The notes under the pieces are model-generated. The model saw nothing but the letters and a program-made list of their open reading frames with translations, was not told the DNA's origin and did not search any database. A program made the position numbers and the translations under genes. Below are positions 36,443 to 44,501 of a DNA stretch of 63,721 nucleotides, piece after piece. Positions within the stretch are counted from its first letter, which is position 1. Each line of letters starts with the position of its first letter. The stretch is from the NCBI GenBank assembly GCA_037442545.1, contig JBBIQB010000001.1, forward strand, positions 1 to 63,721. The letters are read 5' to 3'. Origin of the DNA: Bellilinea sp. Lineage in GTDB: Bacteria; Chloroflexota; Anaerolineae; Anaerolineales; Anaerolineaceae.

Positions 36443-38830
36443 ATGAACGACACACCCCAACAACCGGCATCCGGCGAATGGCGCCTTTTCCTGCTGGACG
36501 GGCTGCGCATTACGCGCGGCGGGCAAGCCATCCCGCCGCCGCCCTTCCGCAGCCAGAGCCTGCTGGCGGCGCTGCTGCTGCGCCCGGCGCTCAACAACCG
36601 CTCGTTGCTGGCTGGTTTGCTCTACCCGGAGTGCTCCGAAGCAGCCGCCCGCGCCCGGTTAAGCGACCACCTGTATCACTTGCGCCGCGGCCTGCCCGGT
36701 TTTCCGTTTGTCTTTTCCGCCAGCGAGGTCGCGCTGGATTGCGCCGGGGTGTCGGTGGATGTGCACCGCTTTCACAGCCTGCTGGCGCAGGCGCAGCCCG
36801 CCGGTCTGCTGGCGGCGGTCGAGCTGTATCGCGGCGACCTGTTGCCCGAACAAAGCGACGAGTGGCTGCTGGTGGAGCGCGAGAACCTGCGCCTGAACTT
36901 CACCCATCTGCTGCAAACCCTCGCCACCGGCGCACTTGCCCGCGCCGATTACGCCCAAGCCATCCCGCTGCTGGAACGCCTTCAGCAGGTCGAGCCGTAT
37001 GACGAGAGCCACCTGCGCAGCCTGCTGCGCGCTTACCAGGCGACCGGTCAACGCGGGGTTGCGTTGGCTGCTTACGAACGCTTCCGCGCGCTGGCGCTGG
37101 CGGAGATGGGCTTGCCGCCCGAGCAAGCCACCCTGACGCTGGTGCAGGCGATTCAGGGCACGGGGCGGGTGGCGCCGCCCGCCGGAGAGGAAGCCGCTTT
37201 ACCCGCCCAGCCCGAGGACCTCGCCCGGCGCGGCATGCTGGCGCTCTGGCAGGGTGATTTCGCCACCCTGCAAGCCTGCCTGGCGGCGCTGCCGCCCGGC
37301 TCGACAGCCGATGGTCTGCAAGCCGCCTGGGACATGCTGCGCGGTGATTTTTCCGCCGCGCGCCGCCGCCTGGACGCCTACCCCGCCAGCCCGCCGGCGG
37401 AGATCGAACTGCAACGTATCCACCTGGCAGCCGAACTGAAACAATTCACCGGGCTGGTCGAGTGCTGTAAACCGGCGCTTGCCGAAGCCCACCGCCGCCG
37501 CGATTCGCTCTGCGCGGCGCTGCTGCTGGTTGACATGGGGCTGGCATACCAGCGCCAGGGGCAGATGAACGAGGCGCTGCGCTGCGCCAACCAGGCGATC
37601 AACCAGGCGGAGAAAGCCGGGCTTGCCTACCCGCTGGCGGAAGGCTGGCAGTTGAAAGCCAATCTGCAGGCGGCGCAGGGGTTCGAGCGCGATGCGCTGG
37701 AAACCTATCACTGTGCGGCTGCCTACGCCGCCGAGCATGGTTTTTTGCCACTGCTGGCGCGCATCGAGGGGCGGCTGGGCATCTGCTACCAGAACGCAGG
37801 CAAGTACCGCTTGTCGCTGGAACATTACCAGCGCGCCCTGCGCGGAATGCGCGACCTGGGCATGCGCCGCTATGAAGCCGAAACGCTGCACAACCGCGGC
37901 ATTGTGTATGATTCGCTCGGCTGCCACGCCGAGTCCGGCGCAGCGCACCGCCAGGCGCGCGAATTGTTCGCCGCGCTGGCGGATGAGCAGGGCACGGCGC
38001 GCAACGATTACCACGCCGCCTTTTCCGAGGCGTACCGCGAGGATGGCGACCTCGACCAGGCTCTGGCGCTCGGCTGGCAGGCGCTGGCGGTGTTCGAGGC
38101 ACACGGCTCGCTGGGCTGGATCGCCTCGCTGCACCACCTGCTGGGCTACCTTCACTGGCTGCGCGGCGAACCCGATGCAGCCATCCAGTCCTGCCGGCGG
38201 GCAATTCCTATTTACCAGCAATTGGAAGAAGCCGATTACATCCCCGAACTGTACGCCTACATCGGGCTGGCTTGCCTGCAAAAGGGCGACCCGGCGCAGG
38301 CGCTGGAATTTACCACCACCGCGATGGACGAGATGCTGCGCAGCGAGTTGTACGACATCGCTTCCGAAATCTACTACGCCCACGCCGCCGTCCTGGCGGC
38401 GCTGGGACGCGAAGACGAGGCTGCCGGGTATTTCGCCCGCGGCTACGAGAATTTGCTCACCTACGCCGCCGAGATCGAGGACCCCGACGCACGCCGGGCG
38501 ATCTTCCGGCGCGACCCGACCATCCGCCGGCTGATGGCGGAGGTATACCAGCGTGGCATTGCCCTGCCGCCGGAGCAGCAGCCCGCTGCGGACATGCCCG
38601 TCCGCCAACCGCCCGGCAACGCAGGGGACAACCCCGTTGCGGCGCTCAGACACGCTCACGGAGCGCTGGCGCTGCGCCGCATGCGCCTGGTGCGCCTGTT
38701 CGAGGATGCCTGCCGGGCAGGCAGGCGTTTGACCGCCGCCCAGATCGCCGCGCAGTTGGGGGTAAGCCCGCGCACGGTCGAACGCGACCTTGCTTTGCTG
38801 CGCGAGCGCGGCGAAATACTGCGCGATTGA
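36443..38830 (+). CDS. SARP/BTAD transcriptional regulator with TPR repeats and a C-terminal HTH
   Basis: AVELYRGDLL...DEWLLVERE...EPYDE BTAD motifs, TPR-like helices, IAAQLGVSPRTVERDL HTH; no NTPase P-loop seen. Confidence 0.85.
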   Translation: MNDTPQQPASGEWRLFLLDGLRITRGGQAIPPPPFRSQSLLAALLLRPALNNRSLLAGLLYPECSEAAARARLSDHLYHLRRGLPGFPFVFSASEVALDCAGVSVDVHRFHSLLAQAQPAGLLAAVELYRGDLLPEQSDEWLLVERENLRLNFTHLLQTLATGALARADYAQAIPLLERLQQVEPYDESHLRSLLRAYQATGQRGVALAAYERFRALALAEMGLPPEQATLTLVQAIQGTGRVAPPAGEEAALPAQPEDLARRGMLALWQGDFATLQACLAALPPGSTADGLQAAWDMLRGDFSAARRRLDAYPASPPAEIELQRIHLAAELKQFTGLVECCKPALAEAHRRRDSLCAALLLVDMGLAYQRQGQMNEALRCANQAINQAEKAGLAYPLAEGWQLKANLQAAQGFERDALETYHCAAAYAAEHGFLPLLARIEGRLGICYQNAGKYRLSLEHYQRALRGMRDLGMRRYEAETLHNRGIVYDSLGCHAESGAAHRQARELFAALADEQGTARNDYHAAFSEAYREDGDLDQALALGWQALAVFEAHGSLGWIASLHHLLGYLHWLRGEPDAAIQSCRRAIPIYQQLEEADYIPELYAYIGLACLQKGDPAQALEFTTTAMDEMLRSELYDIASEIYYAHAAVLAALGREDEAAGYFARGYENLLTYAAEIEDPDARRAIFRRDPTIRRLMAEVYQRGIALPPEQQPAADMPVRQPPGNAGDNPVAALRHAHGALALRRMRLVRLFEDACRAGRRLTAAQIAAQLGVSPRTVERDLALLRERGEILRD

Positions 38831-38916
38831 GCCTGCCGCCGGCTGCCCGCCAAACCAACCACACTCCGACAAACCCGCGAGAGTTGGGGGAGAGGCGCGC
38901 GGTATGCTGGTGGTGT

Positions 38917-39129
38917 ATGCAGGAACAGCCCAATCCCCAGTACAGTTTTATTGTCCGCTGCTGGCGCGATGAGCGCGGACGGCTGCGCGGGCGATTGATT
39001 GATGCGCTTTCCGGGCAGGCGCAGGCGTTTACCTCCACCCGCCAGTTAAGCAGCCTGCTCGAGCGCCTGACCCGCCCGCAGCCGGCTGCCAGTCCGCCGC
39101 CGTCCAAGCCCGGAGAATGCGCCGGGTGA
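38917..39129 (+). CDS. Small hypothetical protein (70 aa)
   Basis: MQEQPNPQYSFIVRCWRDERGRLRGRLIDALSGQAQAFTSTRQLSSLL; fills the gap between regulator and secreted protein. Confidence 0.65.
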   Translation: MQEQPNPQYSFIVRCWRDERGRLRGRLIDALSGQAQAFTSTRQLSSLLERLTRPQPAASPPPSKPGECAG

Positions 39130-39169
39130 ATTTTTGCTCTCCATTTTCCCAAATCGAAAGGAAACTGTC

Positions 39170-41092
39170 ATGAAACTTCTGCTGCGTATCTTGTTGATTG
39201 CCGCCCTGCTCAGCCTTAGCGCTGCCGGGCTGGCTGCCCGCCCGGCGCAAGCCGCCACCCTGACGGTGACCACCTGCGCCGACAGTGGCGCGGGTTCGCT
39301 GCGCCAGGCGGTGAACAGCGCCAATAACGGCGATACCATCCTCTTTGCCATCGACTGCCCGGCATCCAGCCCGCTGCTGCTGACAACCCAAATCACCGTC
39401 AGCACGGGCATGACCATCAGCGGCGCGGGGCGCGAGGTGGTTTTGGACGGAAACCATGTAACGCGCATTTTCGATATCGCCACTTCGGGCGACGTGCGCC
39501 TGGAATACCTGACCCTGCGCAACGGCAGCGCCAACCGCGGCAGTGCCATTCAGAATATCTCCAACACCACCACCATCGACCATGTCACCTTCATAAATAA
39601 TTCAGCCAGCTCCAATGGCGGGGCGGTGTTCATCTCGTTCAGCAACGGCTTCGTGGTGCAGAACAGCCGGTTTATCAACAACACAGCCGCGATTCACGGT
39701 GGCGCAATTTATGCTGGGTCCAACATCACAATCACCGACACGCTATTCAGCGGCAACCATGCCTATCGTGGTGGCGCGTTCACATCCTATGTGAACGGGG
39801 TCATAGCTACTTTCGAGCGGGTCACGATGAGCGGCAACGCCACCGGGTCGAGCGATGTTCATGGAGAGGGCGGGGCGATCTACCAGGGATTTGGCTCGCT
39901 CAATATCCTCAACAGTACCCTGTCGGGCAACGGCTCGCCGGAAACCACCGCGTATGGCAGCGGGATGTATTTGTATTGGATGAACAGCGTCGTGATCAAG
40001 AACAGCACGATCGTCAATAACCAGCTGATCAGCCCTTATCAAAGCGCCGCATTGCATATCAACACGTCCACACTGTACCTGTACAACACCATCCTGGCTA
40101 ACAATACCACCGCGGATTGTTACACTGACGACAATTTGACCGTGTCTGCCAACCTCAACAACCTGATACGGGTCAGCAACGGCTGCCCGGCGGGGGCGTT
40201 GAGCGGCGACCCGCTGCTGGGCGCGCTGGCGGACAACGGCGGCGCGACTCGCACCCACGCCCTGTTGAGCGGTTCGCCCGCCATCGATGCCGGCGACAAC
40301 GCGCAATGCCTTTCGACCGACCAGCGCGGGTTGGCTCGCCCGGTGGACGGCAATGGCGACGGTTCGGTGCTGTGCGATATCGGCGCCTTCGAGGTGCAGG
40401 AGAGCATCCCGCCAACGCTTGTCTCGATCACCCGCGCCAACCCCAACCCGACCAACGCCGCCAGCCTGAACTTCACGGTCGCCTTCTCCGAATCGGTCAC
40501 CGGGGTGGGCAGCGCCGACTTCAGCCTGAACGCGGATGGGACGCTCAGCGGTGCGCAGGTCAGCGCAGTGAGTGGTTCCGGCGCGGTGTATACCGTCACG
40601 GTGACGACCGGAAGCGGCAGCGGCACGCTGCGGCTCGACCTGCCTGCCAGCGCCGACATCCGCGACCTGGCGGGCAACCCACTCGGCGGACTGCCTTACA
40701 CCGGCGGGGAGTCGTATACCCTTGACCGCAGTGCGCCGACGGTGGTTTCCATCACCCGCGCTGACCCCAACCCGACAAGCGCAGCCAGCGTGCGCTTTAC
40801 GGTCACCTTCTCCGAGGCGGTCAGCGGGGTGGACAGCGCTGACTTCAGCCTGACCAGTGGCGGAGCGCTCAGCGGCGCGCAGGTCGGCGCGGTGAGCGGA
40901 TCCGGCGCGGTGTATACCGTCACGGTGACGACCGGGACGGGCGGCGGCACGCTGCGGTTGGATGTAACCGCCAGCGCCGAGATGCGCGATGCAGCCGGCA
41001 ACCTGCTGAGCGGGCTGCCCTACACCGGCGGGGACAGTTACCTGCTGCAGTATGCCCTCTTCCTGCCGATGACGGTCAAAGCCGCGCCGTAA
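39170..41092 (+). CDS. Secreted beta-helix (Pmp-like/choice-of-anchor Q) protein with two Ig-like domains
   Basis: Signal peptide AQA-A; DSGAGSLRQAV; FxxN/GGAI repeats; LGALADNGG...SPAIDAG...DQRG...CDIGAFE; C-terminal ALFLPMTVK. Confidence 0.85.
   Translation: MKLLLRILLIAALLSLSAAGLAARPAQAATLTVTTCADSGAGSLRQAVNSANNGDTILFAIDCPASSPLLLTTQITVSTGMTISGAGREVVLDGNHVTRIFDIATSGDVRLEYLTLRNGSANRGSAIQNISNTTTIDHVTFINNSASSNGGAVFISFSNGFVVQNSRFINNTAAIHGGAIYAGSNITITDTLFSGNHAYRGGAFTSYVNGVIATFERVTMSGNATGSSDVHGEGGAIYQGFGSLNILNSTLSGNGSPETTAYGSGMYLYWMNSVVIKNSTIVNNQLISPYQSAALHINTSTLYLYNTILANNTTADCYTDDNLTVSANLNNLIRVSNGCPAGALSGDPLLGALADNGGATRTHALLSGSPAIDAGDNAQCLSTDQRGLARPVDGNGDGSVLCDIGAFEVQESIPPTLVSITRANPNPTNAASLNFTVAFSESVTGVGSADFSLNADGTLSGAQVSAVSGSGAVYTVTVTTGSGSGTLRLDLPASADIRDLAGNPLGGLPYTGGESYTLDRSAPTVVSITRADPNPTSAASVRFTVTFSEAVSGVDSADFSLTSGGALSGAQVGAVSGSGAVYTVTVTTGTGGGTLRLDVTASAEMRDAAGNLLSGLPYTGGDSYLLQYALFLPMTVKAAP
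40412..41043 (+). repeat. Tandem duplication (324-bp period) encoding two Ig-like domains
   Basis: PT(L/V)VSITRA(N/D)PNPT...FSE...SADFSL...VSGSGAVYTVTVTTG...GTLRLD...GLPYTGG x2. Confidence 0.88.
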
Positions 41093-41181
41093 CCTTGGGC
41101 GGTTGGGTCCCGATTGTATGCCCTAGCGCTCTTCGACACTCCCAGGGCGAGGGCGGTTAAAGACGCCTTTCTTTGCACGGA

Positions 41182-41276
41182 CGGGAGATTGCTTCAGCCC
41201 GAAGAGCGGGCTTCGCAATGACGTCGAGATTGATCCGGATGTCGTTGCGAGGGCGACAGCCCGAAGCAACCTCCCG
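41182..41276. repeat. RPE-like long palindromic element
   Basis: CGGGAGATTGCTTC...TCGCAATGAC / GTCGTTGCGA...GAAGCAACCTCCCG inverted arms between convergent genes. Confidence 0.72.
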
Positions 41277-41326
41277 CACGCCGTCAGTACACACCCTTCG
41301 ATACGCTTGGTTGGCGATGCCTGTGC

Positions 41327-42184
41327 TCAAACCGCGCTTTGCGGGCGGCGAACGGCGCGCACCAGCAGCCCGAACAACCCGCGCAGCGGCGCCAGCAGCC
41401 ATTCCACCGTCGCATTGATCAAGCCAAACCCCTGGCTGATCCACACCAGCAGCGGGCGCAGGATGGTGCGCAGCAGCGGGATGCGCTCGTACGCCAGCGC
41501 GATCAAAATCGTCGCGACGGAGATGCCAAAGCGCCCCAGGTCGGAAAATTGCATCACGTGCAGTTCTTCCAGTACCAGCTGCACCCCAATGTTGAGCACC
41601 AGCACGTACGCCGCCGCTTTGAGCACCGGGAAGCGCAGCACCACCGCACTAAAGATGCCCGCCGCGAAGCGCATCACCACGATGCCGATGGCCACCCCCA
41701 GCAGCACCACCCACAGCTCGTCGGAGAGCGAAACCGCCGCCACCACATTATCCAGGCTGAACGCCAGGTCCATCAACTCCACGTTGAGCACGGTGACCCA
41801 AAAACCGGCTTGATGAACCTTGCGCAGTGGGTCATCGCTTTCGCCGTGATGCCCGGCGCCCAGGTCGTCCAGCGCCAGGCGGATCAGGTATGCTGCGCCA
41901 ACCAGTTTGAGCCACGGGTTTTGGATGATGTAACTGGCTGCCAGCAGCATCAGCCCGCGCCCGATGTAGGCGCCCAGCAAGCCCACCCGCAGCGCGGCAG
42001 CGCGCTGGTGGCCAAGCGGCTTGTCGAGCAGTTTGCCCAGCCACCCCAGCGCGCGCGGCCAGGGTATCGGCTGATCCTTGGGCAGCACCGCGACCATTGC
42101 CCCCAGAATGGCGGCGTTGTCGATCGACAGGATGCCTTCCAGGAAGATCAATTGCAGAACGATGGCAACGAACGAAAAATCCAC
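41327..42184 (-). CDS. TerC-family membrane protein
   Basis: LEGILSIDNA and ELMDLAFSLDNV motifs. Confidence 0.9.
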   Translation of the reverse strand: MDFSFVAIVLQLIFLEGILSIDNAAILGAMVAVLPKDQPIPWPRALGWLGKLLDKPLGHQRAAALRVGLLGAYIGRGLMLLAASYIIQNPWLKLVGAAYLIRLALDDLGAGHHGESDDPLRKVHQAGFWVTVLNVELMDLAFSLDNVVAAVSLSDELWVVLLGVAIGIVVMRFAAGIFSAVVLRFPVLKAAAYVLVLNIGVQLVLEELHVMQFSDLGRFGISVATILIALAYERIPLLRTILRPLLVWISQGFGLINATVEWLLAPLRGLFGLLVRAVRRPQSAV

Positions 42185-42376
42185 GGCGGTTCTCCCGTTT
42201 ACCTACCCGCGATGAAAAAAGCAAACACCCCCAAACAGCTACCCGGATGGGATGCTTCCAAATGGTATCTCGATGCATCAATCAAGAGGGGATTTTTACG
42301 GCTCTTCTGGTTATACCACTAATGCGCCGCCGAATCACCAAATTAAGCGTTTTGTCGCCCGGTTACAGGATGAATT

Positions 42377-43111
42377 TCAGACGATTTTGGAGAGGAAATA
42401 GGGCAGCATCTTGCGCCACCACGGCCAGTCGTGGTTGACATCGTAGCCCCACAGGTCGATCCACGCCGGGATGCCCTTTGCCTCGACAATCCCGCGCAGC
42501 GCACCCAGTTCCGCCAGCATTTCCTCTTCCCAGGCGCCCTGACCGGCGCACAGCACGATGCGGCTGCGGCGGTATTTGTCCAGATACCACGCGTCGTTCA
42601 GGTTGGGCAGGTAAAGCAGCGGTGAGTTGAAGTATACCCGGTCGTCGACGTACTCCCCGACGAACAGGCGCAGGCTGAGCACCCCGCTCAGGCTGATCAG
42701 CGCGTCGAACACCTGCGGGTGGCGGAAGAAGAAATTGGCGCTGTGATAGCCGCCCATGCTGCAACCGGTCGCCAACAGCCGCGCCTCGCTGCCGCAGCGC
42801 TGGCGGATAAAGGGCGTCATCTCGTGGACGATGTAGCGGTCGTAATCCTCATGCCGCCAGCCGCGGTCCGCCGGGTGGAGGTGCGGGTTGCACCACGACT
42901 GGTAATCCACGCTGTCCACGCTGAAGAACTGGAACAAGCCCTGCTCGATGAACCAGCCCGCGGCGTCGATCATGCCAAAGTTTTCAAAGTCAAAAAAGCG
43001 CCCGCCCATTGCCGGAAAGACCAGCACCGGCTTGCCGGCGTGACCATAGACCTTGAATTCCATCTCCTGGCACAGGTGTTCGCTCCAATGGCGGTGATAT
43101 TCGACGTTCAT
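42377..43111 (-). CDS. Alpha/beta-hydrolase esterase family protein
   Basis: YGHAGKPVLVFP, nucleophile GCSMG, HDWPWW. Confidence 0.85.
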   Translation of the reverse strand: MNVEYHRHWSEHLCQEMEFKVYGHAGKPVLVFPAMGGRFFDFENFGMIDAAGWFIEQGLFQFFSVDSVDYQSWCNPHLHPADRGWRHEDYDRYIVHEMTPFIRQRCGSEARLLATGCSMGGYHSANFFFRHPQVFDALISLSGVLSLRLFVGEYVDDRVYFNSPLLYLPNLNDAWYLDKYRRSRIVLCAGQGAWEEEMLAELGALRGIVEAKGIPAWIDLWGYDVNHDWPWWRKMLPYFLSKIV

Positions 43112-43117
43112 CGCAGC

Positions 43118-44275
43118 TCACGCCTTTTCCTGGATAAAGGCGGCAATTGCAGCCACCTCGTCTTCGTCCGGCGAGCGCACCAGGAAACCGTAATCGCCGA
43201 TGGCAGCGCTGAATGCGCCGTCGATTATCCCGCTGTAAACTACCTGCAGCGGAAAGGCTGCCCGCACGGCTTCGGGCGCGTGGCGGTAGTTGAGCGCGGC
43301 GCGCCGTCCGACGTAGGCGCAGGCGTACCGGCGGGAAATTTGCGCGTCGAAGCGGTTGTTGACCACCACGTTGGCGTATTCGTAGAAAATATCGATATCG
43401 TTGGCAAAATTGAACATGTCGGTGGTCAGACCGCCGGGCGGGCGCATGTTGACCTCCAACGGCGACAGACTGCCATCCGGCGTGCGGAAGAATTCGAAGT
43501 GGAAGAAGCGCTCCTGCAAGCGGTAAACCGAGGCGACTTTGCGCCCGGCGCTTTCCACGTCCGGAGCAATGGCGCGGGTGATCATGTACCACACGTCCGA
43601 GCCGCTGTTGACCACGTCCATGATCCCGCCGTAGCGCATCGAGGAAGCAAAGACCACCTTGCCATTCTGGTTGGTCAGTCCGTCGTAGGTGACGATCTCG
43701 CAGTCGATCTGCTCCTCGAACAGGTAATCGACCAGCGGCTTGCGGCTGAAAAAATCCTCCAGGTCGCGCAGACTATTCAGGCGGTAGGTCTGGTGGGCGC
43801 CGACGCCAATGTCCGGCTTGGCGATCAGCGGGTAGCCGAATTCTTCGCCCAGCGCGCGGGCTTCGTCCAGGGTGGTACACACCCGCCCGCGGATCGGCTG
43901 CAGCCCAGCTTTGGTGAACATTTTCTTCATCTCCGACTTGCGCTTGACCGCCGGCATGTGTTCGGAGCGCAAGCCGGGAATGTTGAAATCGCTGCGCAAG
44001 CGGGCATTGGATTCCAGCCAGTACTCGTTGTGCGATTCGAGCCGGTCAAGCTTGCCATAACGATGGGTAAAGTAGCCCAGGGCGCGTACCAGCGCGTCGT
44101 AATCGTGCCCGTTCCAGACCGAGTAGTACTCGGTCAGCGCGGCGCGCAGTTCGGGGCGCAGGTCGCCCCACGCGGCGTCACCCAGCCCAAGCACATTGAC
44201 ACCCATGCGGCGCAAATTGACCCAAAAAGGCAGGTAATTGGGCGGGTAATGCGGTGAAAAAGCGACGAAGTTCAT
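43118..44275 (-). CDS. ATP-grasp domain protein
   Basis: KSEMK, GYPLIAKPDIGVGA, FHFEFF, LEVNMRPPG. Confidence 0.88.
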   Translation of the reverse strand: MNFVAFSPHYPPNYLPFWVNLRRMGVNVLGLGDAAWGDLRPELRAALTEYYSVWNGHDYDALVRALGYFTHRYGKLDRLESHNEYWLESNARLRSDFNIPGLRSEHMPAVKRKSEMKKMFTKAGLQPIRGRVCTTLDEARALGEEFGYPLIAKPDIGVGAHQTYRLNSLRDLEDFFSRKPLVDYLFEEQIDCEIVTYDGLTNQNGKVVFASSMRYGGIMDVVNSGSDVWYMITRAIAPDVESAGRKVASVYRLQERFFHFEFFRTPDGSLSPLEVNMRPPGGLTTDMFNFANDIDIFYEYANVVVNNRFDAQISRRYACAYVGRRAALNYRHAPEAVRAAFPLQVVYSGIIDGAFSAAIGDYGFLVRSPDEDEVAAIAAFIQEKA

Positions 44276-44430
44276 CCAAGCCTCCCGGCAGTCAGGCGCG
44301 GCTGACCGCGCATTTTGTCAGGACATTGTAAGGAAAAATTGTCCGAATTTCAAGTCCCTAATGACGGGTTTCTCGGGCGGTCGCCGCGATCAACGTCCGC
44401 GTACCGGGTTCAGGTTACGAACCCGCCGCA

Positions 44431-44449
44431 GGCTGAACTTATCGAAGCC
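44431..44449. repeat. REP-like element (reverse orientation)
   Basis: GGCTGAACTTATCGAAGCC resembles GGCTGAGCCTGTCGAAGCC at 57766. Confidence 0.5.
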
Positions 44450-44501
44450 CGCAGCGGGAGACGCGATCCGCCGTGATACAATGGACATTACGAGGCGCGG
44501 C

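Noticed and set aside
42190-42330. yybP-ykoY (Mn2+) riboswitch upstream of terC
   Set aside because: No recognisable GGGGAGUAG / CAAUA core on the minus strand; an Infernal search would be needed
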